IMG/VR virus record: IMGVR_UViG_3300031813_000003 | Coordinates: 96,001-160,000 of that record | Direction: 5' to 3' (one strand) | Length of the DNA stretch: 64,000 nt | From: a virus | Lineage: Duplodnaviria; Caudoviricetes | Shown here: positions 51,033-59,196 of the stretch, one piece after another | Position numbering within the stretch: position 1 is the first letter of the stretch | Layout of the letters: each line of letters begins with the position of its first letter | Position numbers and translations under genes: made by a program | The notes under the pieces: model-generated | What the model saw: only the letters and a program-made list of their open reading frames with translations | Told to the model about the DNA's origin: nothing | The model's database searches: none

Positions 51033-51184
51033 AATGAAGACCTTTCGTGAAGGTGGGACGTTTCCATGTGATCCTAATATCGGAATGACTAGCAGATACG
51101 AAAATGATGAACTTGTGATCATTCCAGTTGACAATACAACAGATCAATTACTTTTCAGATTCTATATAGAGGATAAAGAACGTG

Positions 51185-51964
51185 ATGCGACATTTAAAAG
51201 GCTTAAGGACAATTACAAATCTTCACTGTAATAATCACTGTAAGTTTTGTTATCAGAAAGATAAATCAGCGAAGATTCTTGATCTGAATGAGTTTTTAGC
51301 TCAGGTCAAACCATACAACTATAAACATTTTGAGTATTGTACTATCATGGGTGGAGAATCTACACTACTTTCTAATCTCCCTGAGTATATCAAGATCGGA
51401 AGTCTGTATGCGAAAGAAACTAGATTGACAACCAATGGTGTGCTTCTGACTCCGAAGTTGTTCAATCATTATCTTAACGCAGGGCTAAATGGTATTAATA
51501 TTTCAATTGCTACAATTAAAAAATATGATACTGTTCATGGTATTCATCCAAATTTTGATATTGATAAACTTTTGGATATGATTGATTACATGCATGGGCA
51601 TTCGTTCAACCCTGCTAACAATTTCTCTGTAAGGGTGAACATTCCACTTTGCAAAGAGAACTGCGAAGGAAAGAATCCTGAAATTCTCTTTCTACTGGAC
51701 TATTTCACTAGGATGAATATCAACGTGACCATGTGCGAAGATATCAAAGGAAGTTATTCATTCTACAATGAATTTGACAAAATTTTATGTGATGTGAAGG
51801 AAGTAACAGATTACGGTTTGATCCTACTTGATTACAACGGTCATCAGATCGGTTATTACACTCACAGAAACAACAATTACAACGAGACTGATCTAGTTGT
51901 AAGTCCATTAGGGACTTGGATCAATTGGGATGGTTACTGTAAAGCAGTAGGGATGAATACATGA
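51185..51964 (+). CDS. Radical SAM protein
   Basis: CNNHCKFC, MGGES, LTTNG, GINISI. Confidence 0.85.
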   Translation: MRHLKGLRTITNLHCNNHCKFCYQKDKSAKILDLNEFLAQVKPYNYKHFEYCTIMGGESTLLSNLPEYIKIGSLYAKETRLTTNGVLLTPKLFNHYLNAGLNGINISIATIKKYDTVHGIHPNFDIDKLLDMIDYMHGHSFNPANNFSVRVNIPLCKENCEGKNPEILFLLDYFTRMNINVTMCEDIKGSYSFYNEFDKILCDVKEVTDYGLILLDYNGHQIGYYTHRNNNYNETDLVVSPLGTWINWDGYCKAVGMNT

Positions 51965-52499
51965 CATTAACAATATGTGACATTTGCCCTATGATTTGAA
52001 TCAAAAGATAAAGACTAGGTATGGTTACTTTTGTGAAAGTGCAGGGTGTGATCAAACAAGTATGGAAGGGTTCCCTACTATATTTGACGAATATTATGAA
52101 TATCTTTGGGCAAAGGAATGGTATGATGAAAACTATGATTACAGTATGGAAGATATATAACAAAGACAAAGATATTTATCAGCATAACCACGTTGAAGAT
52201 GGTCATTCTACTTCAGAGTATCCTCTTCCAAAGCAACTTTCATTTCAATCACAGAAGTCATGGAAAAGTATGAAGTGGCAACGTGAATTTGGATATTTAG
52301 ATAAAGGAATTATATGGAACGAAACCCTTTAATTTTACTATGTAATGGATTTAATTATTGTAATCATCCTAGCTGTGATCATAAATTACCACATAGACCA
52401 CATTCTCACCATGATCCTAGGCTCTTGCTTCTTTATGAATAAAGAGTATTGGTGTGTTCCGATTGAACATATGTATGATGAATTAAAGGTAGTAAAATA

Positions 52500-53070
52500 A
52501 TGCATGGTGATATGACCAAATATATGGGTCTAGAAAATGAAGATATGAACTACTATGAATCTTACGATTCAATGGACATTCCTTGGGAGTTATACTCAAA
52601 ATCTGAAAGTATGAGAAAACATTGTGAGACAATCTGTAGACTATATACTGAAACTGGACTTCGGATCAGGGCATAACCCAAGGAAAGGGTTTAAGACCTG
52701 TGATATCACCCAGGCTCCCTATCTTGATTACGCCTTTGACCCTGAGACTTACAAGGTGACTTGTGAAGATCATGTCTTTGATGAGATAATAATTCGAAAT
52801 GTTCTTCATCATATCAAGGACTTAGAAAGTCTTTTTAAAGAAATGAAAAGAATATTGACAAATAATGGAAAATTGATTATAGTAGAACCACGTAAAGAGT
52901 TTTATCAACAAAACCTTAATTTGGATATTTTGTGGTATCGCTACATAATCCCACGTTACGAAATTTGGTATTCCAGATTTTATAGAGACTGCATAGAGAT
53001 TGCGAAAACATTCTTCAAGGTGAAGAATGTTTTCTATAACAACGAAAAAGAAACTATTATTTTAGGATAA
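52500..53070 (+). CDS. Class I SAM-dependent methyltransferase (ORF 52624-53070; possibly starts at 52500 across a TA-run indel)
   Basis: LDFGSG motif I; FDEI..RNVLHHI.D; EMKRIL...G.LII.E. Confidence 0.7.
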
Positions 53071-53079
53071 GGAATTAAA

Positions 53080-53325
53080 ATGGCAATGCAACCATCAGCA
53101 CTGGAAACAGAAATAGGAAAGTTCATGAATGCTAAACAGAAAGCAGAAGATCAAGGGCTTTCTGCTAAAGAATTTGAGGAACGATTCAACATGATGTTCC
53201 TTGAGGGGCAAGTGTCAAAAGATGGATATAAGTTACTCCGTCAGATTTTCGGATATACCAAAGTGATTCAGGAAACTAAAACTGAAATCCAATATATTGA
53301 ACACAATAGCAATGGAAGATGCTAA
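53080..53325 (+). CDS. Small protein A of a paralogous pair, C-terminal Cys
   Basis: FEER.N..FLEGQ.....Y.LLRQIFGY; ends NSNGRC. Confidence 0.75.
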   Translation: MAMQPSALETEIGKFMNAKQKAEDQGLSAKEFEERFNMMFLEGQVSKDGYKLLRQIFGYTKVIQETKTEIQYIEHNSNGRC

Positions 53326-53326
53326 G

Positions 53327-53545
53327 ATGACAATGGAAGATGAAATCAAATTTTATATGGATGCAAAGGCCAAAGCAGTTGCCGCAGGAAAAGAAAAAGA
53401 TTTCGAACAACGAATGAATCTTCTTTTTCTGGAGGGGCAAATTACAGAGAACTCTTATTTGATCCTTCGTCAGATTTTCGGTTATACTACAATCGTGCGC
53501 CATACTCCTAAACTTGCTGTTAATTTCCGTTCTACTACCTGTTAA
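53327..53545 (+). CDS. Small protein B of a paralogous pair, C-terminal Cys
   Basis: FEQR.N..FLEGQ.....Y.ILRQIFGY; ends FRSTTC. Confidence 0.75.
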   Translation: MTMEDEIKFYMDAKAKAVAAGKEKDFEQRMNLLFLEGQITENSYLILRQIFGYTTIVRHTPKLAVNFRSTTC

Positions 53546-53694
53546 ATGGAAGATTTTACTGAAGCTGAACTTATGGAACTTCGTATGTACTTTCATGCAT
53601 GTTGGAGTAATGCAATATACTCTGAAGAATACAAAAAGCATGAATGGCAGCATTTGTGTAAACTACTATCCAAGAAAGGAATAAACGTACAGAT

Positions 53695-54594
53695 ATGAAA
53701 CTCAAACTGTTTGGTAAAGATTTCGAAGTCAAGGATCATCACTGTAACTTCAATGATCATGTAGGATCAAAGATCGATGAACCATATGTCAATCTTTATG
53801 TTCGTCTTACGGATATCTGCCAAGCAAAATGTAAGTTCTGTGAATTTCATAAAAGTAAATCACCAGAATTTGATGTATACAAGTTCCTATACACGTTAAC
53901 ACGTTTGTCTAAAGAAGTACGGATTAATAAAGTATCTTTTACCGGTGGGGAACCCACGCTTAATGTTGAGTTGCTGAACAGACTTCTCAAAGAAGTAAAA
54001 AGTATTGATCCAAGTATCTTCACTGTTGTGAATACCAACGGTTATAACTTTATGAACATTGATCCTGAGTATGTGAATAGTATTGCTCTTTCAAGGCATC
54101 ATACATCGAATGCCAAGAACAATGAAATTTTTGGGGTTGACCCATACGGTATTTGGATCACTAATTCTAATGAAATCAGAAAGTATCCGCATAAAGACAA
54201 ACTTCATCTTTCGTGTAACCTGATTAAAGGTTATATTGATTCAAATAAAATGTGTTTTGATTATATTCAGTATTTTGGTGAAATGGGTATAACTGATATC
54301 GGATTTGTTACTTTTATGAGTGTGAATGAATATGCTCATACTCACCAAGTCGATTTCTCTGATATCAATTTGGATGAAATGCCTGCTACAATCAAGTCCC
54401 AAAATTGGCGCAAAGTAGAAGAAGGTGAGATTAAATGTAAATGCTGTAACTATCTCACTTCTACTGGAAGTGGTAATATTGTGAAGTCTTACGCTAGGTA
54501 TTACTCCGATAGAACTGAATGTAAAGGAATTCTGGTATATGAACCGAATGGTAAACTAACCAATGGATTTGGTGGAGAGGTTATAAATGGTTAA
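53695..54594 (+). CDS. Radical SAM protein
   Basis: CQAKCKFC, SFTGGEP, VNTNG, ALSRHH; C-terminal CKC...C. Confidence 0.9.
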   Translation: MKLKLFGKDFEVKDHHCNFNDHVGSKIDEPYVNLYVRLTDICQAKCKFCEFHKSKSPEFDVYKFLYTLTRLSKEVRINKVSFTGGEPTLNVELLNRLLKEVKSIDPSIFTVVNTNGYNFMNIDPEYVNSIALSRHHTSNAKNNEIFGVDPYGIWITNSNEIRKYPHKDKLHLSCNLIKGYIDSNKMCFDYIQYFGEMGITDIGFVTFMSVNEYAHTHQVDFSDINLDEMPATIKSQNWRKVEEGEIKCKCCNYLTSTGSGNIVKSYARYYSDRTECKGILVYEPNGKLTNGFGGEVING

Positions 54595-54740
54595 ACATAG
54601 AAGAGGATTACCTCGTAAACCTCAAAATACTGGATTTATTGATGGGTTAGGTATATGAGTGAGCATACTGCACTGAATATAGCATTGTTCATCTGTTGTG
54701 TTGTTGTATATGGATACTGTAAATTCAAAGGAATAATATA

Positions 54741-55325
54741 ATGATGCGAGATAAGGTAGCACTCTTCGATATGGATGGAACACTGGCTGATTATGATGGT
54801 CAGCTACTAAAGGATTTAGAGAAGATTCGTTCCAAATATGAACCAAAGATATTTGATGTTCATTGTGATATTGATTATGTGGAAGCACGTAGGCATATGA
54901 TCACAAGTCAAGCAGGGTGGTGGTTGAGACTCCCTAAATTCCAGTTAGGATGGGAAGTATATGCTCAATGCCAGTATATAGGATACAAGATTGCTATCTT
55001 GACCAAAGGCCCTGCTTCCAAATATAATGCATGGTCTGAGAAGCTTCAGTGGTGCCATGCTCACCTAGGCAAAGATAACATCAGTGGAGTGACCATTACC
55101 CATGATAAAGGGCTGGTATATGGGAATGTTCTGGTGGATGATTTCCCTGATTACATCGAAGCTTGGTTGAAATTTCGCCCTAGGGGTCTGGTTATCATGC
55201 CAGCGCATGAATTCAATAAAAAATTTAAACATCCTAATGTTGTTCGTTATGATGGAACCAATATGAACGAAGTTGTTTTAAGACTGTTAGAGCAATATAA
55301 TAGAAAACAAATAGACAAAGAATAA
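54741..55325 (+). CDS. HAD-family 5'(3')-nucleotidase-like protein
   Basis: LFDMDGTLAD, ILT, EKLQW, LVDD. Confidence 0.85.
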   Translation: MMRDKVALFDMDGTLADYDGQLLKDLEKIRSKYEPKIFDVHCDIDYVEARRHMITSQAGWWLRLPKFQLGWEVYAQCQYIGYKIAILTKGPASKYNAWSEKLQWCHAHLGKDNISGVTITHDKGLVYGNVLVDDFPDYIEAWLKFRPRGLVIMPAHEFNKKFKHPNVVRYDGTNMNEVVLRLLEQYNRKQIDKE

Positions 55326-55335
55326 ATCTTTTGTT

Positions 55336-55899
55336 ATGATAGGTACAAATGAATTTAAGGAAAGAGAAATGGATGTAATAAGTTGTAGTAAATTTTTGAG
55401 TTTTGTATTGAGGCATAAACCTCAAGAAATCGGGATCACTCTTGATGAAGCAGGGTGGGTTGGTATTTACGAATTACTACACAAAGCTAAATCGAAGGGT
55501 ATTGTAATTAGCATTGAACTTTTGAAAAAAGTAGTAGCAGAGAACAACAAGAAGAGATTTGAGTTTTCTACTGATCAAACAAAGATCAGGGCAAGCCAAG
55601 GTCATTCGGTAAAAGTTGAACTCGGATATGAACACACAGTCCCTCCTAAATTCTTATATCATGGAACCTGTGAAAGATTTGTAGATTCAATCTTGCAGGA
55701 AGGAATTCAGAAAATGAGTAGGCATCATGTTCATCTTTCTGATAACATCAATACTGCAAAACAAGTGGGTTCCAGACATGGTGATGTGTTTGTGTTTGTT
55801 GTGAAAGCTGCTGAAATGCATAAACATGGATTCGCATTCTTCAAATCAACAAATGGGGTGTGGTTAGTCGATCATGTCCCTAGTGAGTATATCGTATGA
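55336..55899 (+). CDS. kptA: NAD-dependent RNA 2'-phosphotransferase (Tpt1/KptA)
   Basis: SKFLS.VLRH, KKRF, IRASQGHS, LYHGT, RHHVHLS, NGVWL. Confidence 0.95.
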   Translation: MIGTNEFKEREMDVISCSKFLSFVLRHKPQEIGITLDEAGWVGIYELLHKAKSKGIVISIELLKKVVAENNKKRFEFSTDQTKIRASQGHSVKVELGYEHTVPPKFLYHGTCERFVDSILQEGIQKMSRHHVHLSDNINTAKQVGSRHGDVFVFVVKAAEMHKHGFAFFKSTNGVWLVDHVPSEYIV

Positions 55900-56047
55900 A
55901 AGGTATGTTTGAAAAGTGTGATGGAGAACATAACTGGTTAAAAGTAAAAGTGCATAGAGGTACTTATCCAAGAACCAGATTTTGTTGTTGCGAATGTTGT
56001 AATGCCCGACAAGTAAAACAATCAAATGATTCAGAATGGGATAATAT

Positions 56048-56383
56048 ATGAAGCGAATCTTTATCAGCATTCCATATACTCATCCTGATCCAGCAGTTGT
56101 TGAAGAAAGGGTGAAAGCAGCTGAATCTTACTTTATGGAACTTCTTCATAGAGGCGATTGCCCTGTAAGCCCTGTTGTAGTCGGCCATAACTTCGTGACT
56201 AAATATGGAGCAAACTGCTCTTTTGAATTTTGGGACAAGTTCTGTATGGAGCAACTCGCTACTTGTAGTGAATTACACATACTGACCCTTGATGGATGGG
56301 ATACATCAACCGGTGTTGCAAAAGAAAATGACATGGCACAATATTTTTTTGGTATACCAGTAAGAATGATAGAACCTAAATAA
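56048..56383 (+). CDS. DUF1937-like (deoxyribosyltransferase-fold) protein
   Basis: IFIS.PYTH, SPVV.GH, FW...C, L.LDGW..S.GV..E. Confidence 0.75.
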   Translation: MKRIFISIPYTHPDPAVVEERVKAAESYFMELLHRGDCPVSPVVVGHNFVTKYGANCSFEFWDKFCMEQLATCSELHILTLDGWDTSTGVAKENDMAQYFFGIPVRMIEPK

Positions 56384-56407
56384 AACTAAAAAGGACGGTG
56401 ATTCAAA

Positions 56408-56527
56408 ATGGAAACTATTCAGGAACAGCTTAAAGAAGCAGGGTTTGATTTTGCAGTAGCTATCGCAACTGAAGCAGAGATTACTGCTGGTGCTGCGTGT
56501 GGGCAACTTAGTCTAATCGTAGAGTAA
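56408..56527 (+). CDS. 39-aa peptide matching the RlmN/Cfr C-terminal catalytic segment (not in ORF track)
   Basis: Hand translation METIQEQLKEAGFDFAVAIATEAEITAGAACGQLSLIVE*; AAGGA upstream; next ATG abuts the stop. Confidence 0.85.
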   Translation: METIQEQLKEAGFDFAVAIATEAEITAGAACGQLSLIVE

Positions 56528-56681
56528 ATGAATACTGTGTATGAAATTCGGGTCTGGTTGCCTAAACAAGGCAATAAGATTGCATTAGTTAATGCGTCAA
56601 ATCCAGAAGAAGCATATCAACTTATTGAAGATTTTGTAATACAACAATTTCAAAATGACAGAATAACATTAGTAGATTTAA

Positions 56682-56705
56682 AGGATGAACGATAGACGTT
56701 CACCT
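56682..56705 (+). promoter_or_regulatory. G-AUAGA-C loop hairpin upstream of NAMPT
   Basis: AGG(A)TGAACG-ATAGA-CGTTCACCT. Confidence 0.6.
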
Positions 56706-56732
56706 ATTTCAACAGTAAGGGAGTCTTACGTT

Positions 56733-58271
56733 ATGAATGTAGTATTTAATGCAGTAGGCAAAGATATTGTAAAAGCGTTTCCAGCTGGGTTTACTTATAA
56801 AACAGAAGATGGTTCTGTTTTATTCAGTCCTTGGGTATCCTACCCTAATCAACGAATTTGGAATGAGAATAACCTGTTACTCAAAGTAGATTCTTATAAG
56901 CCAAGTCATGCACCCTGTTATCCTCCTGATGCAGATGCAATGGAATCTTACATCGAAGCAAGAGCAGGAGATCACCTTCTGTTTTTCGGTCTTCAGATGT
57001 ACATCCAGAAGTATCTGATGACTCCTATCTCCCAAGCAGATATCGATGAAGCTGTAGATTTCTTTGCACTTCATGGTGAGCCTTTCGATAAAGAAATGTG
57101 GCAACACATTTTTGACACTTACAACGGGTTTATTCCTGTTGTGATTTCTGCAATCCCTGAAGGAACTGTAGTCCCTAACCGAAATATCATTGCAAAGATT
57201 TCTTGCACTGATAAGAAATGCTTCAGTGTAGCTTCTTATCTTGAAACTTCGTTCCTCAGAGGGGTATGGTATCCATCGTCTACAGGAACTATTAGTTATG
57301 ACTGCCGTGTAGAAATCAAAAAATACATGGAACTGACTGCTGACTCTCTTGAAGGACTTAACTTCAAACTACACAGCTTTGCTGGTAGGGGTGTTAGTTC
57401 CAGTGAATCTGCAGCACTTGGTGATGCTGGTCATATGGCAACTGGTGCAATGGGGTCTGACACTGTAGAAGGGGTCATACGGGCAAATAATGCCTATGGG
57501 TGTACCGGTGGTATGTCTGCATTCTCTATCCCTGCTACAGAGCATTCTACGATTACCAGTTGGGGGAAAGAAAACGAGGCAGCTGCATATAAAAACTTCC
57601 TCGACAAATATCTTCTGCCTGGAAAAATCTGTGCATGTGTCTCTGACTCCTATGACATCATGGAAGCATGTGACATTTGGGGAACAATTCATAAAGATCA
57701 GATTGTGAATTCTGGTGGAACATTAGTTGTTCGTCCTGATTCTGGTGAACCAGCACCTACGGTTCTTGCTGTAGTTGAACGTCTGGAAAAGTATTTTGGA
57801 ACTACTGTAAACTCCAAAGGTTATAAAGTTCTCCCTGATTGTATCAGGGTTATCCAAGGTGATGGAATTAACAGGAATGCTATTGTGGAAATCCTCCAGC
57901 TGCTTATGTGGAAAGGATATTCTGCTGACAACGTTGCCTTTGGTATGGGTGGAGCATTACTTCAACATGTAAACCGTGATACCTTTGGTTTCGTTATGAA
58001 GTGTTGCGCAATCAGGATTGGTGGAGTTTGGGTTGATGTGTTCAAGGAAGCTCCAGGCAAGAACAGTAAGAAAGGTAGACTTGAACTGATTCAGTACCCT
58101 GATAGAACCTATGAAACTATCAGGGTTGAAGATATCCGTTGGGTTGATAACAAGATGGAAGGTAAGAAAGTACTTGAAATCGCTTACCAATTGGTAAAAC
58201 AGGGAAACTTCTATTACCCTGTTTACCGTCACCAAGATTTGGATGATGTTCGTGAACGTGCAAATCGTTAA
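56733..58271 (+). CDS. nadV: Nicotinamide phosphoribosyltransferase
   Basis: DSYK.SH, FFGLQ, PEGT, LET, LH.F..RG, SIPATEHS, VSDSYD, VVRPDSG, VIQGDG, FGMGG.LL; start chosen from the AAGGGAG SD. Confidence 0.93.
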   Translation: MNVVFNAVGKDIVKAFPAGFTYKTEDGSVLFSPWVSYPNQRIWNENNLLLKVDSYKPSHAPCYPPDADAMESYIEARAGDHLLFFGLQMYIQKYLMTPISQADIDEAVDFFALHGEPFDKEMWQHIFDTYNGFIPVVISAIPEGTVVPNRNIIAKISCTDKKCFSVASYLETSFLRGVWYPSSTGTISYDCRVEIKKYMELTADSLEGLNFKLHSFAGRGVSSSESAALGDAGHMATGAMGSDTVEGVIRANNAYGCTGGMSAFSIPATEHSTITSWGKENEAAAYKNFLDKYLLPGKICACVSDSYDIMEACDIWGTIHKDQIVNSGGTLVVRPDSGEPAPTVLAVVERLEKYFGTTVNSKGYKVLPDCIRVIQGDGINRNAIVEILQLLMWKGYSADNVAFGMGGALLQHVNRDTFGFVMKCCAIRIGGVWVDVFKEAPGKNSKKGRLELIQYPDRTYETIRVEDIRWVDNKMEGKKVLEIAYQLVKQGNFYYPVYRHQDLDDVRERANR

Positions 58272-58287
58272 GAAGTGAAAGTTTAAA

Positions 58288-58346
58288 TTGACAAATAAAT
58301 CTCCTTTGTGTTAAGATGTTTATACATTCAATCACAAAGGAGATTT
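58288..58346 (+). promoter_or_regulatory. sigma70-type promoter with an anti-SD inverted repeat
   Basis: TTGACA-18-TAAGAT; AAATCTCCTTTGTG/CACAAAGGAGATTT. Confidence 0.75.
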
Positions 58347-58349
58347 TTC

Positions 58350-58625
58350 ATGTCTATTTCAACTGTTGTCGATCTTAAAGATTGCCCTTTCTGCGGTCGT
58401 AGAGAAAAATCCTTTTATTTTGGACCTACTTCAGCAATGACATAGGGGATTGAATGCCCCTGTGGATGTAAGATGGAAGAAAAGATGTTTAACTCTTATT
58501 CAAAAAAAGATAAAGAAATAATGAAACAGATAGAAGATAAAAATTGTAATGACATGGGTTGCGTGTTAGCTTTAGATGTTTTTCATATGTTGAACGTAGC
58601 AGCAAAATGGAATACTAGAAAATGA
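58350..58625 (+). pseudogene. Lar (restriction alleviation)-like Zn-ribbon gene with an in-frame TAG at 58443
   Basis: LKDCPFCG...T*GIECPCGC...AAKWNTR in one frame. Confidence 0.55.
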
Positions 58626-58638
58626 CAGAGGAGACAAA

Positions 58639-58866
58639 ATGAAACTTAAATACGTGATAGTCAATTGTATGCCAATCATCTTTCCGTTAGGATTTCAGCA
58701 TAACGTGTTTGAACAAATTGGTGAGATTGAAGGTGCTGGTTTCGTTAATATTGTGAATGATCATGGAGAACTGAAAGGGAAAGTTCATGGTAAATCAACA
58801 TCAACGGGATTTGACGCTTGTCAAGACGATGAAATAATGATAAATATCATGTTGAAAGACCGTTAG
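58639..58866 (+). CDS. Conserved small phage protein
   Basis: KY.I....PIIFP...QH...GAGF...G.STS. Confidence 0.6.
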   Translation: MKLKYVIVNCMPIIFPLGFQHNVFEQIGEIEGAGFVNIVNDHGELKGKVHGKSTSTGFDACQDDEIMINIMLKDR

Positions 58867-59196
58867 GGAGGAGATTTATAAATGCAAGGAATTTTGTTTT
58901 ATATTATTGTGATGTAACCAACAAAGGAATAATAATGAAAATACATGTTGTTGAATTTAATGATGGAACATACGGTGTAAGAAAGATTATTGGTTGGTGG
59001 ATTTTCAAATCTGAACCGGTGTATCTAGATTTAAAAAGTAATTCGGTATATTTTTGGGGTAAACTATCAGATTATTTTGATCACTGTAAAACACCAAATA
59101 AGGAATTAGCAATATCAATGTATCAAAGATATATTGAAGATGAAAAAATAATTTATCCGTAAAGGTTAATATCAAAGGAGTCGATAAGATTAAAGA

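Noticed and set aside
53470-53545. Resemblance of GYTTIVRHT in small protein B to the RlmN pre-Cys strand GFTTIVRKT
   Set aside because: The match is short, is not shared by paralog A and lacks CGQL; the 56408 peptide is a far better match, so this is treated as chance.
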